The translations under genes and the position numbers were made by a program. Below are positions 1 to 10,421 of a DNA stretch of 20,000 nucleotides, in pieces. Positions within the stretch are counted from its first letter, which is position 1; each line of letters begins with the position of its first letter. Source of the DNA: Catajapyx aquilonaris (Eukaryota). The DNA is taken from assembly GCA_000934665.2 (NCBI GenBank), contig JYFJ02002012.1, positions 44,490 through 64,489 on the forward strand. The letters are read 5' to 3'. The notes below the pieces were generated by a model. That model was not told the origin of the DNA, did not search any database, and saw nothing but the letters and a program-made list of their open reading frames with translations.

Positions 1-182
1 TACCACTAACATTCACACAATAGAGAACGTGCTGTAATCAAGGCCTCTGAGTATGTACAATTCTGCGTAGTCTTGCATAATACTGGATCCGTATCGCTCA
101 CTGATTGCAGTTGTGTTAAATTATGCCGGAAGGTTATCAATGGGGGTCTAATAAAATGCCTTCTATAAAATGTGTCAACAGA

Positions 183-3100
183 ATGAATGATGATGGCTCT
201 TTTGAGGGCCTCCTAGCGACCACAGTGGGTGAATTTGGCCGCTATCAGAAATGTTTGCTGGTGGCCTGCTTAGCTGTGACGATGCTCCTGGGAATCAACC
301 ACGATGGATATGTGGTGCATTCAGCCTCGCCCAAACATTGGTGCAAAGTGGAAGAGCTCAGCCGCACCAACTGGACCAGAGATGAGATCATGCAAATGAG
401 CATCCCCAAGGAGGAGGATGAAAAATGGAGCAGCTGTTCTTTCTACGACCGAAACTACACCCATTTAAGTGATCTCGGCTATTACGAAGCTTCGTCACTT
501 GTGGCTAACGACACATCGACTGTTCCATGCTCTTCCTGGAATTACGACAAGTCTCTGTTCATGTCCACAACTGCAACTGAGGTAAATTACACCTTGCAGT
601 TTGGAAATGTTGGAATTACAGTAATTGTTGTGAATTTCAGTGGAATTTGGTGTGCTCCAGTGCTGCGCTGCGACCTACCATCCAAGGGGTGTATATGGCA
701 GGAGTACTCAGCGGAAATTTTATTATGGCTCCGATATCTGACAGGTAATGCTTCATTGTGGGTTTAGCATCTCACTTTTTATTGAACACCATGAATTTTC
801 AGCAACGCTGGTTCACTCAGTTTCAAAAACGTGCATCTGAGGACAGAAACATGATTGTACGTAATGTGTATCACCTGTCGTAATGAATGATGCGTGACTC
901 ACTTACCAGAAACCGACCATGAGCATCAGTCATAGTATGTAGGGTTTTGACCAGTGTGAGGGTGGTCTTCACAGCGTCTAGAGTTTCTTTTACAAGCGCT
1001 TTCCTGACGTAGTTGGCTCTTTCCCAGTGCCAATTTCGCAGCTCCTTGTAATGCATCCAAAACATTTCGTGCAATTTGGAGGTATCTGCTGACTCCACCA
1101 ATTTCAAATCGTCAGGTCGAGAGCAGTAGGCTATGCTGTAGTCTTCCTTTAGCATGCTCTCCGAAGCTCGCATCAGCATGTACCCAAGGTTTCTGCAGCG
1201 TTTCAAGTCGCTCTCAAAGCGCTAATTAATAATAATAATATATATTACATTTAACAAAAATTAATACGATGTCACAACTCATCAGGAACTATTGAACACA
1301 AGATGCTGATGATTTAAAAACATTTATATCACCTCATCGTAGTCGTTTGGGTTCCTTCGACTGATTGTCATTGCGAGGTACCCTATTACTGAGGCCAGTT
1401 CGGCGACAAATGCCTTTTGGATTTTGTGAACTTGTTCTTCAATTACCACATCTCGAACAATGTGGCAGGTTTTCATTCCAAATGTGTGCTTCAATTCCTG
1501 TGAAAAGGATAGCGTGTTTTATTGCCCCAGGCTCGCACACCAATTTGCATATTTGGATAAGAGTCACGATGCTTTACCGAAAGGTAGTTGTCGGAGTCTC
1601 TCTGAACCTTGCGGTTATTGAGCTTCTCTGTCTTGGTATGTCCTAATATGTTCGTCAGATCCAGGGCCAGCGAGTCAGTGAATTTAACGTAGCTTTCAAC
1701 TTTCTAAATGATCATTAAAATGCACGTTATAAGAATTTAAATGGAGATTAAGAAAATTTTTGGGATATTCAAGTGCTGGGAATTTAATGCCATTTCTCCT
1801 CACAATTACTAAGTAATCAGTGAGAGAAAACTTAACTTGATCGATTTTAAATATTTGCTATTCATTGTTACAAATATTGTTACCATACTGAAACCGATGT
1901 TCTGGATATACTACGGCATGACAATTTTTCTTCACGACTGAATTATTCCGCATGTTCAAGGGCCTATTAGTTCATACCTCTGCCGACAGTGCCTTGGGTT
2001 TCTTTGCAAGGCTCTTCAACTGGAAATTCACGCACACTTCCAATCGTATCAAAATATCAGAATGATTGGTGAGGATTGACTGCACCTGGAGGTCTTCTCG
2101 AATGTCATCAAAAGGAGCCACTTCTTTGTTTTCCTTTATTAACTCATTCAACAACTCCTGAAGTGAAAAAAGCAGCACATTTTGAACATTGCATGTATAC
2201 AGTGTATACATGTCGGCCTATCGTAATATTACTGAGGTCTTACCGTCATCTCTGGCAAAAGGTCGCTGGCACTCTTGAGCAGAGTCCAACAATCGATTGA
2301 GTCCTCATCCATCTTGAACTTGAAAAAACTGTTTTACTTATCTGGGTGTAAAATCAGAACCCGAATTCTGACCAACTATACTGATATAGCCGACAATAAT
2401 AGAGGAATGACACTCAATAGTGTAACCCTAGAGTTGCTAATAAATAAGCAAGTGTAGCCAAAATTTCTGAGGCTGATGTACTAAATAAATTCCTGGCAAC
2501 TTATGGATGTAATTGGCGGTATGTTTCTAAATGTGAGAGTTTATAATTCAGAAGCCATTTTCATTTTTTCAGGCTAGGTCGTCGAGTAGCTGTGATGATT
2601 TCGTTGGTGCTTCTGATATTTGCCAGCTTTGCTTCAGCCCTGGTGCCTTCATATGCAGCTTTCGTGGCCATGCGTTTCTTTGCTGGTGTCGGAGTCATGG
2701 GTTCTTATGCAAACACCTACATTATTTGTGAGTAAAGTGCTGATAAATGGAATCTCCTCAAGTTACATATTATTGAGATTCGAACTTATATTCCGTATAC
2801 AGTATTGGAGATGGTTGGATTACCTCAGCGAGTTAAGATCGTCTTCTTCTACGATGTTGGAGTGGCATTTGGAATAATGGTGCTCTCGGGGTTGTCGTAT
2901 CTTCTGCGGGACTGGAGGACATTGATGCTTACCATTGCTTCTGGGTGCTCTCCCCTCCTCCTATACTACTGGTACGTAACAGCATGTGTGCATCTGAGGT
3001 CCCAAACTTAACCGAATTTTATTCAGGGTCATACCAGAGTCTCCTCGTTGGCTGCTGCTTCATAATCGACAAAAAGACGCGGAGAAAATCCTCAGAAAAG

Positions 3101-4162
3101 CCATCAAATGGAATAAGATGGACGTGACTGACGAGGAGCTTTCCTCCAAGATATCTTCTCTATCACTTGATAAAGTAATAACACCTGCTGATGCATGACT
3201 TTGTGGTATTACAATGTGCATTTCTTAACTTCAGGCCGGATCTTCAGTGTGTTGCAACGGGCTTTTGGGAGTGGTGTCGCTTTGGCGTACCCCTGAAATG
3301 AGAAGTCGAAGTTTCAAGATACATATGGCTTGGTTGGGAATAGGAGCAGCAGCTTTTGGATCAACTTACCTGGTCACTGGACTGCCCATCAGCCCTCACT
3401 TAGCAATGTTTGCATACAGCTTTGAAGCTATGATTGTTCGCATCCTTTTCTTCAAGCCTGTCTCTAAATTGCCAAGAAGGAAGGTGTTTGCAGCAACTTT
3501 TATTGGACTGTCTCTGTCACTTGTTAGCTCATTGTTTGTACCTTCAGGTAACATCTTGTACATTACACTTACGTGAGCTGGCCACTAATGTAGAATAATA
3601 TTCATTTCAACAGATTTGCCTTGGTTGGGATTTGCAGTACTTCTGCTATCCAAGATGTTCATAGCTGTCATTTTCAGCACAATTTACCTGTACACTGGAG
3701 AGCTATTTCCGACTTCTATAAGAAGCTCAGCCATTGGCGTTGGATCAGTGTTTGCTCGCATAGGTGCCATTCTTGCGCCATATATTGTGGCTCTCCTGGT
3801 AGGTTTGTGTAATTTATAGGCAAAAAAAAGTATTGCTTACTATAAGGGCAATTTCATTTCAGTCGCCGTATCATAGCGCAATTCCAGGAGGGATATTTGC
3901 AGCTTTGACTACATGTGCAGTTATCATGGCCCTTCTCCTTCCTGAGACAAGAGAAGAGAATCTTCCAGACACGATTGCAGATGTTGAGAATTGGCGTCAG
4001 CGTAAGAGAGGGTTAGTTGAACAAATGCCTTGGTTATCAATGTGTAGCTAATTATGCGTTGATAACGTTGCATAAATTCATATAAGATTACGAGAAAGCT
4101 AATGTAATTGCATGATCCTTTGCAGGATAGCCGGTGCTGGAAGTGGAGACGATGCTTTGTAA
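183..4162 (+). CDS. SLC22-family (organic cation/anion transporter-like, MFS) paralog 1, ~552 aa, 9 coding exons
   Basis: Hand-spliced GT-AG exons 183-581, 641-744, 2573-2727, 2803-2971, 3027-3174, 3235-3547, 3614-3798, 3863-4011 and 4126-4162 total 1659 nt in one frame. SLC22 hallmarks: GEFGRYQ; large Cys/N-glycan loop (HWC...C...C..W.YD...TEWNLVC); SDRLGRR; RFFAG; IPESPRWL; ELFPTSIRS; LLPETR; 12 hydrophobic segments. The start is uncertain (ATG 183, ATG 123, or an upstream phase-2 exon onto the acceptor at 181). The short last exon is inferred from the same donor position and phase in paralog 2. Confidence 0.92.
778..783 (-). terminator. Polyadenylation signal AATAAA of the nested antisense gene
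   Basis: TTTATT at 778-783 on + reads AATAAA on -, about 30 nt downstream of the TGA at 815-813 and just inside the host intron (host donor at 745). Confidence 0.6.
813..2312 (-). CDS. Nested antisense 6-exon gene, 292-aa uncharacterised, probably helical soluble protein
   Basis: Minus-strand exons 2312-2244, 2157-1978, 1703-1578, 1497-1333, 1221-907 and 836-813 (69+180+126+165+315+24 nt). All five introns are GT-AG (donors gtaaga, gtatga, gtaaag, gtgata, gtaagt) and phase 0. The spliced ORF is stop-free from MDEDSIDCW to MHVFETE*. There is an in-frame stop upstream of the ATG and an AATAAA about 30 nt after the stop. This model accounts for ORF-track hits 871-1206 and 1972-2211. Confidence 0.8.
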
Positions 4163-5939
4163 ATCTCAGGGATGATTGCTGCCTACAAGAGGAACCAGTA
4201 CAAGAAGATATTTTTGTGGCCATACATTATAATTTTTTAATTTGACAATGATGTTATTACGCTTATGAGCCTTCAAAGGCAATCATGAATATTTCTAAGA
4301 CATTTTATAAACGAGGACAACTATTTTTATTTTGTTGCATGATGTTGTACAAGTATGTAGTACACATGTACACGTAAAATGCTGCATTTTTGATATATTT
4401 TTATTGGTTACAATCGTAATATGACCTTTTAAACGTTAAGAGCATGTTCTCATTACTACTTTTTATAGCAAGTTACTACAGTGAAACACGACTAAATAAA
4501 ATACCCGGGATGCAATCGAAAATGATTAGTTATGGTATACATTTGCATAACCCAATCGCTTGTGTATTTCTTCCATATAAAGCTGAAGCCTGTTCATGTG
4601 GAAAATTTTTGTGAACAGGACCTTATCCTTTTAGAACAAAAAATAAATAAATCTACACAATATGATCAGTCATCTGATAATGAACAAGATATTGGAATAC
4701 GGTATACTCTGCATATTATTTTTCTGGAAGCTGGCAGTAATTTGCCTCGTTTCAAAATGTAGTAAATATATCGTATAGAACTACAAATATACGATATCTT
4801 ACATTTTTCATAGGACCTTAGTTAACTTTAACCTTAAGCTTAAACTTATGTTAAGTTGGAGTAACCTAATAGCTTCAAATTGTTTTCGGAAGAACCTTTG
4901 ACGTCATGCTCATGTATGAAGTAATTGAAGAAATCATAAACGTATACAGTATGGGACATGCAATCATTCAATTGATTCGGTGCTCCGAATCTGCTGGTTT
5001 AACTGGCGATGCCGTAAGTCATCCAGCACAGTAGATCACCAGTGCAGGGAGGTAATATGGCTATCACTAGCACTAGTGATCCAGATGATCCTCCGGAGTC
5101 AAAAAGGTAAGAAAATACTCGTCTGATACAGGTTATCAGTATCAATATGAAAATGTAAAGTAGTATACTTGTCTGTAGGATATTACACAAATGTGTAATA
5201 CTCGTGCGAATTTGAACGATAATCAAGATGAGAAACAAGTCTGAAAAAATATCTGAAAGAAAGTGTAGCACTTGTTATGTCTGCGGTTTCATGGTGACGC
5301 ATTATAATTACCTGTCCATGTCAATCATTTTGCTCGTAATTGGTATATTTCTGATGGTCTTCATGGAGAACATTTTATGACCAGTAAAAGTAGGCTTACT
5401 AATATGGCTCACTTAGCACTTATATCACATGTTGGTCTTCACTATTAAGACGCTGGTGATAAGAATGTCAATATTATCCAGACATCAAAATCCCAAATGT
5501 TATCTCGAGACCATAGACCTCCAATATCACTTGTTTTCAGGCTATCGTGGCCCAAGTGAGGGGTATAGTGTTTTGACTTAAGGCTGGTTGTACCAAAGCA
5601 GGTAATACTGGGAATGATTGATGTTTTACTGATTACTGTTTGGCACATAATAATTACTACATACTAGGCATATTTAACAAGAGAGGGGTTCGAATATTTC
5701 AGAGTATGGTGCAACCTGGAATACCAAAGTGATTTACTGTAAGAAATCATCATCAAACATTACTCCGTATTATAAATATTTCAGACGAAACGCTTTTCTC
5801 GAAGTCACGTTTCATTGATTACATAACTGAATTAGAAAGGGTAAATTGGTAAATGTAACCAATCAATTCATTTGTGGACATATTGGCCCAGAAATCCTTG
5901 CGTTCAACACCTCTAGCAGATTCGTAAAGAATATATCAA

Positions 5940-8741
5940 ATGTCTGCAAGAATAATCCGGGACGGATCACGTCCTTATTCAGAAAGGTAAGGTAATAAGT
6001 ATATGAATATAAAATGACACATAAATCTGCAATTATAAAATGAGATAAAACTCACTATGTATGTTTATGGAGTCCCAAAATGTTGCTTTTTATTTAAGCC
6101 CAGGTGATGGTTGCTCTTTTGAAGAAGTCCTGTCATCGACTGTGGGCGAATTTGGTCTGTATCAGAAAGTGCTTCTTGCGGCATCATGGGCTGTGACAAT
6201 TACTCTGGGAATCAACCACTACGGATATGTGGTGCACTCTGCCTTGCCCAATCACTGGTGTCAAGTGGATGAGCTCAGAGACACCAGCTGGACGCAAGAT
6301 CAGATCATGGAAATCAGCATCCCAAAAGAAGGAGACAAATGGAGCCGGTGCTTTTTCTACCAGAGAAACTACACCCATCTGAAGCAGTTCAGTTTCCTCG
6401 AAGCTGTGACAATGGTCGAAAATGTCACAGCCCCAACTACCTCTTGCTCTTCTTGGCACTATGATAATACATTCTACTCCTCTACTACCACAACTGAAGT
6501 AAGGGACCTATATTGTACACCATACCGGTACATTAATTAGTCAGTAATTATTAATAATAAACATCATTAGAAAAATCATAAAAACACATTGATACAACAT
6601 ATAAAGAGAACTTCTATTTGAATTGTCACATTGAAAATTTATTCCATCGTGACTCTGGTTATTCTGAAATAAGTCAAGATCTTATTTAATTTTGACATCA
6701 AACACATACCTTTTTTGATAGCTTTTATTGAATAACGTTACGTATTCATTCCAATATTTCAGTGGAATTTGGTTTGCTCCCATGAGGCGTTACGGCCTAC
6801 AATTCAAGCAGTGTACTTATCCGGCGTACTCGTGGGAAATTTAATAATGGCTCCTATTTCTGACAGGTTTGTAATAATTTTTAATTTAACTTTAAAAAGG
6901 TATCATGTCACTTCATTTCACTCGAATTAAAAATAGCAGCATTTTATTCTCACTCCGCTGTAAATAGGCCTGCACATTATATTTCTTGAAGGTTGGGACG
7001 TCGTGTAGCAGTATTGTTGTCATTGTTCCTGATAATAATAGGCAGCTTTGCCTCAGCATTGATTCCATCCTATGGATTATTTTTACCTCTTCGTTTCCTG
7101 GCTGGCATTGGTGTTATGGGATCGTACGCAAACACTTACATTCTATGTACGTATGTCTTTGTTAGTTGTTATTATTTCCAGTTGTGTCTAATGTCCCATG
7201 TGCCTGGTTTGGTTTTAGTGTTGGAGTTTGTGGGGTTCTCTCAGAGGATAGCAGTTACCTGCTTTTATGATATGGGAGTATCAGCAGGAGTCATCATGCT
7301 CGCTGGAGCATCATATCTTATGACAGACTGGAGGACGTTGTTGTTGGCCACAGCCATTGGGACCCTTCCACTGATTCTGTATTATTGGTAGGTCACAAAC
7401 ACAACACGTCTCCAGCAATTGCAGTGCATTCAATATTGCAGGATTATACCAGAATCTCCACGTTGGTTGCTTCTGAAGAGAAGGCAAAAAGAAGCAGAGG
7501 TCATCCTGCAGAAAGCCATCAAATGGAACAAACGCGACGTGTCAGACGCACAGTTGTCTTCTGTGCTGACAATCCCCGTCGAAAATGTAAGCATTTGTCG
7601 CCAATCAACTTCTTCATGACGCAAGTGGGTGATGTAACCACTGCGTTATCTCAGCTTCCTACAACATCGCTAGATGGCAAACACTAGTCAGATTCATGCC
7701 TAAATGCAGTGCTAATGTGATTGAATGGACCTGTGACCCTTGACCAGTTTGAATTTTTGGCACAGACAAAGAAGCCCAGATGTGGGATGGGACTTTTTAC
7801 CTTATGGCTCACACCTGAGATGAGAAGTCGTAGCCTAAAGGTGCACGTAACATGGTTGGCCATAGGAGCAGCCTCCTTCGGGTCAACATACTTGATCGTC
7901 GGATTGCCCATCAGCCCTCATTTTACCATGTTGCTCTACAGTGTTCAAGCGATCATCATACGGCTGCTTCTTTACAGACCTATTTCCAAGCTGTCAAGGA
8001 GGAAGGTGTTTGCAGCGTCATTCATTGGATTGTCGCTCTCACTTGCCTGCTCATTATTCATACCTGAAGGTCAGCACCATTGCTTTGATTGCTGTTCTGG
8101 GTTTACCATCTCAATGTATCCTCAGAGTTACCATGGGTTGGGCTGGCAACTCTGATGGTGTCCAAGATGAACATATCTATCAATTTCACCGTGATTTACC
8201 TCTTCACCGGCGAACTGTTCCCGACCTCAGTGAGAAGTGGGGCTATTGGAATAGGATCTGTGCATGCACGTATTGGCGGTATCTTTGCACCGTACATTGT
8301 GGCGCTTCTGGTATGTCTTACATTCCATACCAACTGCTCATGATGATGGGAAACATTTATAAGCCTGTCATGATGCTGGGGTGTATTTCTTCAGGTGCCG
8401 TATCATCGCGCAATTCCAGCAGCCATATTTTCTGCACTTAGTGCTTGTGCAGCTGTTATGGCTCTCCTTTTGCCAGAAACCAGAAGTGAGAATCTTCCGG
8501 ATACGGTTGCAGATATCGAAATGTGGCGTCAACGTAAGCATAAGTAAGAGAGGAATTCAGAGTTATTATGATTGGTTCTATTAGTTATTTAGGTCAGTAA
8601 TATATAACTACCATAATTTCCTATTAATGTCACTACCCTCTAAAATATGCCAATTATTTTTATATACTGTATTATGCTTGTTTTATTTCCAGAGCAGAAA
8701 AAGAAGAGCCAGAAGAGTTGGCACTTTCTCCTCAAAAATAG
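5940..8741 (+). CDS. SLC22-family transporter paralog 2, ~568 aa, 10 coding exons
   Basis: Exons 5940-5986 (tentative), 6099-6498, 6763-6866, 6992-7146, 7219-7387, 7442-7586, 7766-8069, 8126-8310, 8395-8543 and 8693-8741 total 1707 nt in frame. It has the same motifs as paralog 1 (GEFGLYQ, WNLVC, SDRLGRR, IPESPRWL, ELFPTSVRS, LPETR) and identical internal exon sizes of 104/155/169/185/149 nt. AATAAA follows at 8752. Confidence 0.92.
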
Positions 8742-9947
8742 ATGGTCATGCAATAAAAACCTGTTTAGTTTAAACTTTTGCCCAAGAGAAAGCACAAGAA
8801 AGATGTGCCACCAAATTTTATCAAACAACACTGTGTGATGTATTAGATGGCACATTAATTGAAAATAAATAAAACGCAAGTGGTTCGCAAAATGAAGATA
8901 TTATCAATTTATATGCATATAAAGATTCTCTGCACCATAAACTTTTCAGGTGAGCTAGAAACATTGCTAGGAACAATTTCCTTTTACGTGTTTAAGTAAC
9001 ACTTTGTAAACATCGAAGCAGTTTATGAAAGGTGCATTGTGCTCACTAATGAATGAAATGGCCACCGAATTGCTGAGAAAATCAGGTTATTATGAATCAT
9101 CGCGCTACGTAAGACATTTTCCTGTTCATGATAAGTCTGCATGAAATGTCTAGAAAGCGTCATTTATTTTAGGTGTCCCTTGCTACAAATCGCCCGCTTA
9201 TCGAATATTTGCTGAGTGATAACCTCGAATTCTTTCCTTGAGATAACCATGCAGGTAAGTTTGATTGTGAGCTTCAACAGGCTACGTATGAGTGTATTAA
9301 GAACTGTTTTATGACTAATCAGGACTCCAACACTACACTATTCAGTTGCAAAGAACTGATTGTAATTCAGACTTTCAAATGGCCCATACTTTATCCATAG
9401 ATATCAGTGATAGTTCCGGAATGAGTCAGTCGGAAAAACTACTCCACAGGTGTGACTAGTCCAGTTGGCATGAATGCGGAGGAGTCTAAAATGTATGTGA
9501 TAAGTTATCAACCGTGGAGTCACCTTCTTATCTACCTATTCGAGGCTACATGAGCAACAGACAGGAACTGAAACTATTGTCAACGCAATATTCTTCCCAA
9601 TAAAAATCGTTTCACAACTTGTCGCAAGATCAGTTTCATGCTAAAAGCATGCTTTAGTCATGATTAATTGATATAACCCTGTAGTTCTGAGCAGATTTTT
9701 GCCTAAGAAATACCAAAGATAAGATGAATATTTTGTCTACAATACAGCTCTTTTTCACATAATATATCTCTACATTAATATTGTCAAAAATTGACGCTGA
9801 AAAATGTAATCTGCGGATGGTCATCTGTAAACTGTAATACTAATTGCTGATGCTATACTAAACTGCACAAAATGTTAATGGTTGTATTAGTGGTCCAGCT
9901 TACAAGTTAGTGTAGACTACTAGCCATAAATATATAACGACAAACTT

Positions 9948-10045
9948 GTGTCATGTAGTCGCCTTAGAACAGATGGATGGATGGATGTGACAATATTGTG
10001 CATCCGCAATATTCATGCATCCGTTCCAAGGCGACTACATAACAC
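9948..10045. repeat. Inverted repeat / hairpin (28-bp arms, 3 mismatches); MITE remnant or structured RNA
   Basis: GTGTCATGTAGTCGCCTTAGAACAGATG (9948-9975) pairs with CATCCGTTCCAAGGCGACTACATAACAC (10018-10045). The interior has a GATG run and an ACAATATTGT palindrome. Confidence 0.75.
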
Positions 10046-10421
10046 TATGTACTCATACTAGTGCGGAAATAACCAAGTGGCACTACATAAATAGTATCAA
10101 ACACGCCAGAAGCATAACGTATCTCATAGTATCAGGATAACATCAAGGTAAGCTTATCAAAAGCGACGTTGCCAGCCATTGGCACCGACGCCCACCTGTA
10201 TCACGTGACTGTGGACTATGCACCTTCTGAAGAGGTTGGTTCAGCCCCAGCTATAGCCAGAAGGCCACAAACCTCGGTGAGATTGAAGCAGTAGGATTTC
10301 CACTCTCGGTGCAGCTTTACAAAGTATCTGCAGGCAAGAAAGCAACTCATACCCGAAAGTGAATAGTGGTTTGTCAAAGACTGTATAGGTGGACCGACAA
10401 GTGTCGGCAGCATCCACCATC

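Noticed and set aside
1365..1646. Plus-strand 93-aa ORF (and ORFs 2076-2300, 2275-2457)
   Set aside because: These are shadows of the nested minus-strand exons or their flank, with no motif.
2192..2212. Perfect 10-bp palindrome CATGTATACA-G-TGTATACATG
   Set aside because: It is short, AT-rich and isolated in a small intron, with nothing to indicate function.
745..2572. Large intron as a degenerate transposon insertion
   Set aside because: There are no TIRs, LTRs, TSD, or transposase/RT motifs, and the sequence resolves into a clean spliced antisense gene.
3863..4051. Unspliced end of SLC22 paralog 1 (…PWLSMCS*)
   Set aside because: A phase-2 donor at 4011/4012 sits at exactly the position used in paralog 2, so the spliced 4126-4162 end is preferred.
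4999..5271. Hydrophobic 90-aa minus-strand ORF as a small membrane protein or second antisense gene
   Set aside because: It has a non-ATG start, its hydrophobicity follows from T-rich composition, and I could not build a consistent splice chain.
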